From a virus (Duplodnaviria; Caudoviricetes): a stretch of DNA of 51,791 nucleotides. Position numbers and translations under genes: made by a program. The stretch lies in the IMG/VR virus record IMGVR_UViG_3300023218_000017, positions 1 through 51,791 of that record. One strand, written 5' to 3'. The notes under the pieces were generated by a model. It was not told the DNA's origin and did no database searches. It saw only the letters and a list, made by a program, of their open reading frames with translations. Every line of letters starts with the position of its first letter. Within the stretch, counting starts at the first letter, position 1. Positions 17,701 through 24,816 of this stretch are shown in pieces.

Positions 17701-20700
17701 CAGGGCGGTCGTTGAATAAAATGTTCAAGCAAGGGAGGAAAGCCGGAGAGCCGCCGGAAGGGCACAGGGTGCGGTTGACCGCAATGGCGGATATCGGTGA
17801 GATCATTCGGGTCGCAAAAGCATTCGAGGTTCTGAATGAAAGGGATTCCCACAATACCGGGAAAGCGTTCGATCTTTATGCGCCTTATTCAATTGATGGT
17901 GCGTTGTATCGATTGCGCATCAAAGGGAAAGTCCTGAAGCGGCAAGGGAACAAGGCGCATTCGATGCGTGTGGAAGATGTCCTTATTGCAGATGAGCCCG
18001 TTGCTCAAACTAGACGCTTCGAGGCCGAAGGCCAAGAACGTCCCATCGCAACGGGCTCGACCATGACGATTCGCGAAATGTTCTCGGGAGTCAACCCTTA
18101 CTCGGGGATTTCGTTTTCCCTCGGCCGCATGGACGATCTCGGCGGCGATCCAGAGCAAACCTCTTCGGCCCGCGAACGCACGCCGGAAGAGCGTATCTTT
18201 GCAGAGAAACAGCGCGAATTCCGGCAGACCGACAGCCCGACGAAGGCGCAACGGGACGAACTGAAAAAGCTCCAAATCCGGGCCGTCGAGTCTCGGAAGC
18301 GTCAACGGCTGCAGCAGTCCGCCGAACGCAAGATCGCGGCGGCCGAAGAACGGCGGCTGCGTGAGATCAAAGAACTCCACGATCAGGGCGAAGACGTGAC
18401 GGCCAAGCTGGAGCGTCTCGACGAACTGCGTAAAAACTTGCCGACTGCGGTTCGTCATCGTCTGGGGGGCGACGTGCAAATTTCCCGGCGCAAGACCACC
18501 ATGGGCCGGCAAAACGAGCTCAACCGCCGGATCGCGCGGGCGGAAGAGCTGGCCCGGGGGCACGAAGCCATGAAGCGCAAGGCATGGCTGCGCAGGACGC
18601 TGCATCGCTTCGGCCAACGCGGAAAGAAAGCGCAGAAGCAGGCCGATGAAATGACGGCTTACGTTCGCGACCTGCTTCAAGTCGCCGCTTTCGCCGCAAA
18701 CTCAGATGACGTGCAGCGGGTCAGGGAGAATGTCTCGAAGCCGAAAACGCTGACGGATGCCGAATATGAGCAAACCATTGTCGACTTCCTCGGCATCCTT
18801 CAACCGCACAGACGCGACGTGGGCCGGATTGAGGCGGCATACTTCGCCACTCAAGAGCTTATCCGAAGCGGCAAGTATGAGAGAGCGCAGTTCCGGGAAG
18901 CGAAACTCAAGGAGGTCAACGACCGCATTGAAAAGGGCATTGATGTTCTCACCAGAGGGGAAGGCGCTCCGAGTCCGAATGAACTGACTTCCGAAATGCT
19001 CAAGCGAAGCAAGATGGATCGCAGTATGAACAGTATCCGTTTTTTCCTGTTCGACGCGCTGAACGGAATGCAAGAGCATATGCAAGTGCTGGACGGAGAG
19101 CGCGGGGGCTTCTTCGAAAAAAATATCTTCCGGCCAGCTTTCGAGGCGAAAGAGCGGGAATTGACGCTTGAGCGAGAACAGTTGGCAACAACTTGGGATG
19201 ATATCGCCGGGATATTCGGAGGCGATTACAAGAAAGCCTCCATCTGGATCGAACGTGCAATGAACGATGTTGTGCCGACTGATATTCAATTCATCGACGG
19301 CAAGGACAAGGAAATGAAGACGCGCGAACTGTCGAAGATGCAGGCTATTGACTTGCTAAATCAGTGGGGCGATCCGTCCCTGCAGCCCACTTTCGTGGAA
19401 ATGGGCGTGACCGAAGAAACGATTCAACAGGTCAGGGCCTTTGTCGGCAAGGAGGGCGTGGAGCTTTCAGAATACTTGCGGGAACGGTATGCTTCGGTCG
19501 GTCAGGCGATCAGCGAAGCGCACGAAATCGCCGAAGGTTATCCGCTCGATCTTGTTGATGGCTACGGAGGCAAGGCGGTCCGGGCCGGGGCAAGTAAGGA
19601 AGTCGATCTTGAATCTATTTTCGAGTATGACGGTACTTCGGGGAGAGCGACAGTGAAGACTGGCTCGTTCAAGGCCCGGACCGAAAACACGCTGCCCCTG
19701 GTCTTTGGCGATGCGCTGACAAAGTTCCGGCAGCACATGCAGGAAGCGAATCACTATATTTCCCATGCGGAGATTGCCAAGACCCTGACCAAGACTTTCG
19801 GCAAGGACAGTCCGGAAAGTCAGGAGATGCGCCGGGCGATCATCAGCCAGCACGGGCAGGCGCTGATGGATGCGATTGACGAAAATATCGGCCGCGTAAT
19901 CGGGGGTAGTTTTGAGCAATCCCGGAAGATGTGGGGCATGCTGGATAAACTCAGGAGCGATCTGACGAAGGGCACTCTGGCCGCAAAGCCCGATATCATG
20001 GTCAAGCAGTTGACTTCGGCTCCCGCGTTTATCGATGAACTTGGTCCGGTCGAATACTCAAAGGCGTGGGCGGCCACGATGCGCGACCCGCTCAAGTGGG
20101 CGGCTCTGGCGTATCGCACGAATTACACGAAAAACAGGCTGAATAATTCACAGTTCGCCGACATTCAGGATCAAATCAACATGCGCCGGGGCATGGGTCG
20201 CAAGATGCGGTGGGATGATCTGCTAATGATAAATGTGAAAGCTGGCGACCTGGGCGCGATTTTCATGGGCGGAACTCCGGTCTATGTTCACTACTACCAG
20301 AAAGCGAAATCCGAGGGCATGACCGACCGGGAGGCCGAAAAGTTTGCAGGCTCGCGCTTCGGGGCGGCGGCAGACCGGGCGCAGCAAGCTTCCTCGGAAC
20401 TCAGCAAGGGCTTTTACCTCGGGTCCAATAACGCCGGGATTGGCCGGACGTTCTTCATGTATCTGACTTCCCCGCTCCAATATACCCGGATTCTGAACGT
20501 CAGCGGGTATAACCTTTACCGCGGCTTGCAGGCCGCCCATAAGAAGAATCCGGCGAGCGTGGGCAAGGTTGGCAAGGAGTTGGCGTCTGCTTTTTTCGTA
20601 TTCCACCTTCTTCTGCCTCAAATCTTCCAAGCGGTAGCAAGTGGCCTGACCGCGTTTTCGGACGACGACGAAACCCGGGAGTTGTTTTGGCAACGACAGT

Positions 20701-21047
20701 TCAGGGCTTTGATTGCTGGTCCGGGGACCGCGCTGCCTGTCGCCGGTCAAATAATCGACAGCCTCGGAAACACACTCTCCGGGGCAGATGAGACGTTCTT
20801 CGGCTCGACCGGATCACCTTTGATTGATTCGACAAAAAAACTAGGAAGAAACGCGGTTAAGGCCGCTACCGATCCGAGTCCGGGAGCGTTCTTTGATGTG
20901 CTGCAAGATGCGGCCCAATTCAAGGGCATACCACTCAAGCAAGGCGTCGAGCAATACGAAGCGATTGAAGACGTGATTAACGATGATACCGAATTTCCCC
21001 TTCAACGCCTGGGCGGATGGTCCGAATGGGCTCTTGGAGAAAAGTAG
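14763..21047 (+). CDS. Large internal virion/polyvalent ejection protein, about 2094 aa
   Basis: PWERY repeats at the N-terminus, ESGTEGAQ motif, degenerate metallopeptidase-like segment, inserted domain, helical C-terminus with hydrophobic segments. Confidence 0.75.
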   Translation: MKPWERYQKSEKSGPWERFQKADTATVLDTRPKRGEEGFQNYWEPEQASVADWLERQHDQPFEDAVRDYEKKAKAFGLSGDPKSDLATLKHRESTLKARRKSSLGGAAGGQGWSPQLRSNLKAEGRSMARFGENVARNTPAVVSKALWDSLAGTIDLAAFAADFAMMGDPRGAPPQMRRAVETPTEWMREVADLTGEAYGVDEDFESTISGMVMEGAGTVATGVATRGRSIWGQMFTEGLRDSEAERGKKFSEFTDSEKDLALFKSMVYSAIGGKFERAGLGKIAPKWFKSDAVLPKSRVARMLRAGTYESGTEGAQNVLLNMIGAAVEGDRELLTGQRFKDLAIDMAMGFALGTSANVTLEAGAAAVERLDRKGEIARTIDRQMPYREDGSFNPAYKPMPLFNADGSWNMPLVDAARELEKAREEEEALTDTESEQAETVRERVAKAEQTFEGLMADAEPRDMGEAAWNIRRYNAKLASGLNPMEGATPTDWKFIDEYYSDEEVGAHVVQSTGSEDLVPVALQAKHGDEEAQMEFVNRTLVPADSEIMVEAGVTPEEAEAMREVEVRESEDFYRELYPEMFEAETPQQVRAEAMRDMIDFIGTRQLEGSTIEEVDEVRGFDAELNDLRDRGMTEAEIERFAFNRVQAAGLDPTDQANRPEMLAVYGRNESEYRRGVWRDVSKLYRGADPLTVVEETTEGFLKRMIAEGEMTWQDVAAWREMMGDRGGETEAELTEWVSEQTKAWMVGKSALLEREGNMPNAFRRFLAQMFEHFRHVFRRAAQLRGMDRRGELDADFRHFLDRANGMDEAFLRERLEREESAEAAIADQGPELMEALGGLKGIPRPDMEPEYRGELELVFESFGKNWKSYPKEKRTLDGVAEGLREKGFNTPGADEVVELLTRASRGEKIYGSDAFEGQASFAMAPMEQVLVRADELVPIVKSTGGLVEPNNSGKIIGESKREILGDYPNSDSGIIWNVSGRSLNKMFKQGRKAGEPPEGHRVRLTAMADIGEIIRVAKAFEVLNERDSHNTGKAFDLYAPYSIDGALYRLRIKGKVLKRQGNKAHSMRVEDVLIADEPVAQTRRFEAEGQERPIATGSTMTIREMFSGVNPYSGISFSLGRMDDLGGDPEQTSSARERTPEERIFAEKQREFRQTDSPTKAQRDELKKLQIRAVESRKRQRLQQSAERKIAAAEERRLREIKELHDQGEDVTAKLERLDELRKNLPTAVRHRLGGDVQISRRKTTMGRQNELNRRIARAEELARGHEAMKRKAWLRRTLHRFGQRGKKAQKQADEMTAYVRDLLQVAAFAANSDDVQRVRENVSKPKTLTDAEYEQTIVDFLGILQPHRRDVGRIEAAYFATQELIRSGKYERAQFREAKLKEVNDRIEKGIDVLTRGEGAPSPNELTSEMLKRSKMDRSMNSIRFFLFDALNGMQEHMQVLDGERGGFFEKNIFRPAFEAKERELTLEREQLATTWDDIAGIFGGDYKKASIWIERAMNDVVPTDIQFIDGKDKEMKTRELSKMQAIDLLNQWGDPSLQPTFVEMGVTEETIQQVRAFVGKEGVELSEYLRERYASVGQAISEAHEIAEGYPLDLVDGYGGKAVRAGASKEVDLESIFEYDGTSGRATVKTGSFKARTENTLPLVFGDALTKFRQHMQEANHYISHAEIAKTLTKTFGKDSPESQEMRRAIISQHGQALMDAIDENIGRVIGGSFEQSRKMWGMLDKLRSDLTKGTLAAKPDIMVKQLTSAPAFIDELGPVEYSKAWAATMRDPLKWAALAYRTNYTKNRLNNSQFADIQDQINMRRGMGRKMRWDDLLMINVKAGDLGAIFMGGTPVYVHYYQKAKSEGMTDREAEKFAGSRFGAAADRAQQASSELSKGFYLGSNNAGIGRTFFMYLTSPLQYTRILNVSGYNLYRGLQAAHKKNPASVGKVGKELASAFFVFHLLLPQIFQAVASGLTAFSDDDETRELFWQRQFRALIAGPGTALPVAGQIIDSLGNTLSGADETFFGSTGSPLIDSTKKLGRNAVKAATDPSPGAFFDVLQDAAQFKGIPLKQGVEQYEAIEDVINDDTEFPLQRLGGWSEWALGEK

Positions 21048-21060
21048 CCGCGACTGAGGG

Positions 21061-21071
21061 CGGCATATATA
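21061..21071 (+). promoter_or_regulatory. Candidate late promoter CGGCATATATA, copy 3
   Basis: Intergenic, 23 bp upstream of ATG 21095. Confidence 0.7.
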
Positions 21072-21094
21072 GCAACAGCAAAACCCCGAACATT

Positions 21095-21361
21095 ATGGAT
21101 ATTTCAAACATCACGGCAAACGGCGCTTCCGCCTCCGGCAGTTGGGGCGGCGGAAAAGGCAATCTCACGCTCGGCGGCGACTTCGGCGGCGGCCATGCCC
21201 GCGTCGAGTTTTCCAAGGATAGCGGCACGACCTGGTTCCCTCTGGAGTTCAGCTTCCGGCGCAATCAGGCGTTCACGGTCGAGCTTCCCGCATGTGATGT
21301 TCGCGTGTTCGTCGTCGACGCCATTACGCCGATCTTGGACTTGAATCTGGAAAGCATCTGA
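21095..21361 (+). CDS. Small beta-rich virion protein, 88 aa
   Basis: GDFGGG...VEFSKDSGTTW pattern; its stop overlaps the next ATG. Confidence 0.65.
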   Translation: MDISNITANGASASGSWGGGKGNLTLGGDFGGGHARVEFSKDSGTTWFPLEFSFRRNQAFTVELPACDVRVFVVDAITPILDLNLESI

Positions 21362-23052
21362 TGCTCGGCAATCCACTCCAGCCGATCTTGCAGCCGGTCC
21401 ACTCGGACCCCTCGGACCCGCGCTTTTCTTCCGGCGGGCTCACCTACGTCAAGGCCAACCGCGCCTTCGACGGCGGCAATCTGCTGCCCTTCAACCAGCC
21501 GGACCTCAGCGGCAACGACCTGACCGCCACCCTGCAAAGCGGCGGCTACGCGAACGTGGTCGGCGGCTCCGGCCACCGTATCGATTTTGGCGACATCGCG
21601 GCGGCGTATCCAACTTGCACGCAGATTCGCGCTTACCTTCGCAGCTCCACAGAAACGCAAGCTTTTTTCGATTTAAATGTGGATGACTCAATTTTTGCTA
21701 CAATCGTTGCCGACGGCACATGGCAGCAAAAAAGCATTGAGCTTACAGCAACTGCATCTGCACTCAAGTTTGTGCCCAACGGCACGATTGACATTGCCTA
21801 CCTAGAACTCCTCGACGCATCCGGCAACGTGCTGGACGTGTTCCCGCTCTTCGAGGGCCTTGCAGGTGACGCGATGGGCGGCAAGCCAGTCATCTCACGC
21901 GGCGGGCTGGTCGGCAGCTACACGGGCTGTCTCGGCGGGCAGGGCGAGGGTGCGCCGATTCCGCAGGTTGCGGGGGTGGATTATAATGACCGCATGTGGT
22001 TCGATAGGAGTGATGATTATGTAAATATGGGAGATGTCCCTGCTTTTGAAATAGATGACTTTAACATTTCATTATCAACAATTATTGATAAGATTGGGAT
22101 TTTTAGATATTTGTATAGTAATCAATTTGATGCTAGTAGTGCGGGTGGAATATCAGGATGGGCTGTTAGATTTAACAATGATAATACTTTATCACTTATT
22201 ATAGCAATAGGGGACTCTTTTGATTTTGTTACAACAGCTACTACATATACTTCAGGAAAATTAGATATTGAAGTAGAAAAATCAGGAACTTCAGTTACCA
22301 TTAAGGTAAATGGTTCAACAGTTAAGACGGCAACAGTTTCATCATCAACTGTTGATTATGCAACAGGAGACCTTAAAAGAACAGCTATAGGTGCAGGGTT
22401 TGATGGTAGTAGTTTTACATTACTGAATTCAGGGTCTATTTATGATGTCGTATTAAAAAATGGTTCAGGGGCAACTTTAAGTTCTTGGAACGGATACGGT
22501 AACACAAACGCCGACTGGACTGACCAAATAGGAAGTAACGACGGCACCGTCAACGGCTCCCCCACCACCCTCACCATCCCAGCAGCATCCGCAACCCTCG
22601 ATGCCCTCGGCAACCCCATCAACGCCGCCACCAAACGCCCGAACGCCCGCGCCACGAACCTTCGCTCGGGCGAGCACGTAGCCATCACGGACGATGCCGC
22701 GCTGGACGGGCTCAACACCTTTTGGGGCTGGTATTACCACGACGGGGAAGACCGCGACATCTGGGATTTGGACGACGGGGCAGGCAGTATCAAGCTGTTT
22801 TCTACCTCTGGCGACATCGCGGCGACGGGGCTCACCTCGCCCTCCTATTTCGTCGGCAACACGACCACCGAAGTCGCAAGCGGAGCAACGCTCAGTGACG
22901 GCTGGAATTTCATCGCCGTGACGTTCAGCGACATCTCACCCGGCGCCGATCCCCGCTACTACGGGCATCAAGGGCACAAGCTTTTCTACGACGAAACGCT
23001 GACGCTCGCCCAATTCGAACAGGCCCGCAAGGCCACGAAAGGAACTTACTAA
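21361..23052 (+). CDS. Fibre/receptor-binding protein with a LamG (concanavalin A-like) domain
   Basis: FDRSDDYVNMG...GWAVRF...IKVNG...AIGA...GSIYDV...WTDQIGSNDGTVNG pattern. Confidence 0.7.
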   Translation: MLGNPLQPILQPVHSDPSDPRFSSGGLTYVKANRAFDGGNLLPFNQPDLSGNDLTATLQSGGYANVVGGSGHRIDFGDIAAAYPTCTQIRAYLRSSTETQAFFDLNVDDSIFATIVADGTWQQKSIELTATASALKFVPNGTIDIAYLELLDASGNVLDVFPLFEGLAGDAMGGKPVISRGGLVGSYTGCLGGQGEGAPIPQVAGVDYNDRMWFDRSDDYVNMGDVPAFEIDDFNISLSTIIDKIGIFRYLYSNQFDASSAGGISGWAVRFNNDNTLSLIIAIGDSFDFVTTATTYTSGKLDIEVEKSGTSVTIKVNGSTVKTATVSSSTVDYATGDLKRTAIGAGFDGSSFTLLNSGSIYDVVLKNGSGATLSSWNGYGNTNADWTDQIGSNDGTVNGSPTTLTIPAASATLDALGNPINAATKRPNARATNLRSGEHVAITDDAALDGLNTFWGWYYHDGEDRDIWDLDDGAGSIKLFSTSGDIAATGLTSPSYFVGNTTTEVASGATLSDGWNFIAVTFSDISPGADPRYYGHQGHKLFYDETLTLAQFEQARKATKGTY

Positions 23053-23053
23053 T

Positions 23054-23491
23054 ATGCCACACGCTAACTCACAGCTCGTTATCTTCCTCCGCAAAGCGAC
23101 CGCTTCCACTGAGACGGTTCCGCCTGCTTTTCTCGAATTTTACCCGCTCGTCAAAACGCCCTCGACCGAAGAAACCCCCGCCGTTTATTACGACGAGACG
23201 GACGCGCTCAGCATCGTTGACGCGGCCAAGATCGCGGCGGAGCAGCACGCCAACCTGTTCGCGAACTTTTGGCAATACGATGGAGAGGGAAAGCCCGAGC
23301 GGGCGGAAGAAGATCAGTCGGATTATCTAGCCGTCACCCTGCCGGACGTGAGCGGTGCCCTGATTGTCGCGTTCGTGGCCCAATTCTCCGCAGTAGCCGC
23401 CGCCGAACCGGGCGAGCTCAACGTCAACCTCGCGATCCAGTCCCTCGACACGTGGAGCCGGTTCACGTCCACCGGAGAACTACCCGCTTAA
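23054..23491 (+). CDS. Hypothetical protein, 145 aa
   Basis: Tightly packed after the fibre gene, on the operon strand. Confidence 0.65.
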   Translation: MPHANSQLVIFLRKATASTETVPPAFLEFYPLVKTPSTEETPAVYYDETDALSIVDAAKIAAEQHANLFANFWQYDGEGKPERAEEDQSDYLAVTLPDVSGALIVAFVAQFSAVAAAEPGELNVNLAIQSLDTWSRFTSTGELPA

Positions 23492-23496
23492 CCCTT

Positions 23497-23778
23497 ATGC
23501 CAAACGCCAAAAAAGACTGGACCGCAATCGTTATAATTACGCTTCAATCCGCCATCCTCGGCATCGGGGGGTGGACGCTCTGGTCCGTGCACCGTCACGA
23601 GGCACGCATTATGGCGCTGGAGGAGTGGCGCGGCGGCGAGCGGGCCTACACGCCCAGCGACGCCAAGGATGACATGAGGCGACTCGCCAACGAAATCGAG
23701 AACAGTAACTCGGTCCTCAAAGGCCACGACCGCCGCATCCGAGAGCTGGAGCTGATGCTGGCCCGGATGAAGCAGTGA
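23497..23778 (+). CDS. Single-TM coiled-coil protein (holin/lysis accessory candidate), paralog of 40539-40820
   Basis: MPNAKKDW, then a TM helix, then ...GHDRRIRELELMLARM. Confidence 0.65.
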   Translation: MPNAKKDWTAIVIITLQSAILGIGGWTLWSVHRHEARIMALEEWRGGERAYTPSDAKDDMRRLANEIENSNSVLKGHDRRIRELELMLARMKQ

Positions 23779-23816
23779 AGAATCTATGAACCCACACACC
23801 AATCGCAAAGCTGTGA

Positions 23817-23827
23817 CGGCATATATA
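23817..23827 (+). promoter_or_regulatory. Candidate late promoter CGGCATATATA, copy 4
   Basis: 5 bp upstream of ATG 23833, which would give a leaderless or near-leaderless mRNA. Confidence 0.6.
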
Positions 23828-23832
23828 AGCCG

Positions 23833-24486
23833 ATGAAACACGCAAAACATATCCTATTCATGGCAACGGTCACCTTCGGCGCACTGTTTATTTCGGGCTG
23901 CCTTCCGGACGGCGGCGAAATCGGCGATTTTTTTTATGACGAAGTCGGAGGCGAATACGTCGTTACCGATCAGTTCGAAAACTCGCTCAGCTTTGACCGC
24001 GATCAGGCCGAACAGATCGCCGAACTCGGAGACGCCAAGGCCACGGCCTATTTGACGGCGAAGTTCCGATCCGAGTATCCGGAAAGCTACCAAGACCCGG
24101 ACACGCAAACGCAGGTAAGCGAAGAGGTGGATGTGCCCGGCGAAGTGCAGGTATCGAAAACCGCCTCCTCGGCCGCGGACTCGCTGAGCTATATCCCCGG
24201 CGTCGGCCCGATTCTTTCCATTGTCGGCAACGGAGTTCTCGGCATTGGCGCTCTGTGGTATAGGCGCAAGAAGAAACGTGCGGAGCTTGTCGGCGAGTCT
24301 CTGGTGAAGGGCATCGATACTTTTCGAGACGTGCTCGACCAAACGCCCCAGGGCGAAAAAATCGACGAGGAGCTGAAAGAGCGGCTCAAAGAGCATCGAG
24401 ACAAGCTCGGCGTGGCGAAAGAGATGGTCGCGCTCCTGGAGCGATGGGCGACGCCCACCAAGAAACCGATCAACCTCGACCAATAG
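23833..24486 (+). CDS. Lipoprotein with a second TM segment (spanin/lysis candidate)
   Basis: Signal peptide with lipobox-like ISGC; hydrophobic GPILSIVGNGVLGIGALWY followed by RRKKKR. Confidence 0.6.
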   Translation: MKHAKHILFMATVTFGALFISGCLPDGGEIGDFFYDEVGGEYVVTDQFENSLSFDRDQAEQIAELGDAKATAYLTAKFRSEYPESYQDPDTQTQVSEEVDVPGEVQVSKTASSAADSLSYIPGVGPILSIVGNGVLGIGALWYRRKKKRAELVGESLVKGIDTFRDVLDQTPQGEKIDEELKERLKEHRDKLGVAKEMVALLERWATPTKKPINLDQ

Positions 24487-24494
24487 GTTCGACG

Positions 24495-24698
24495 ATGGAA
24501 GCGGGCGGACCGGAATACCACGCACAGCTCGCCCGCTTCTACGCCGCGAAAGAGCGCTACGACCGCGACCTGAAGAAATACCATCTGGCCAAAGCCAAAA
24601 AGCCACTCCGCGAACTGGCGCTCCCCTTTAAGCCCGAAATTCTCCGCAACCCTCCGGTCGCGGTCTACCTCACCCTTTCCCGCGAACGGGCGGACTGA
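24495..24698 (+). CDS. Hypothetical protein, 67 aa
   Basis: Last + strand ORF before the junction. Confidence 0.45.
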   Translation: MEAGGPEYHAQLARFYAAKERYDRDLKKYHLAKAKKPLRELALPFKPEILRNPPVAVYLTLSRERAD

Positions 24699-24740
24699 TG
24701 GCGAAGAACGCTTTCGCCTGCTGCGCCGTGCAGAGTCCGC

Positions 24741-24790
24741 GGTAGCGCTGGTGAAGGAGTCGAACCCTTTTTGTTTCGTTGATTATCAGC
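24741..24790 (-). other. Degenerate tRNA 3'-end fragment / candidate att core
   Basis: Minus strand gctgataatcaac...aagGGTTCGACTCCttcaccagcgctacc: a T-loop consensus with no D or anticodon arm. Confidence 0.5.
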
Positions 24791-24816
24791 TTTTTATAAA
24801 TCGTGTTTGCAGAATG

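Noticed and set aside
21361-23052. Diversity-generating retroelement acting on the fibre genes
   Set aside because: No reverse transcriptase and no adenine-specific TR/VR repeat pair seen.
24741-24768. Functional tRNA gene
   Set aside because: Only a T-arm and 3'-like portion are present; no D arm or anticodon arm.
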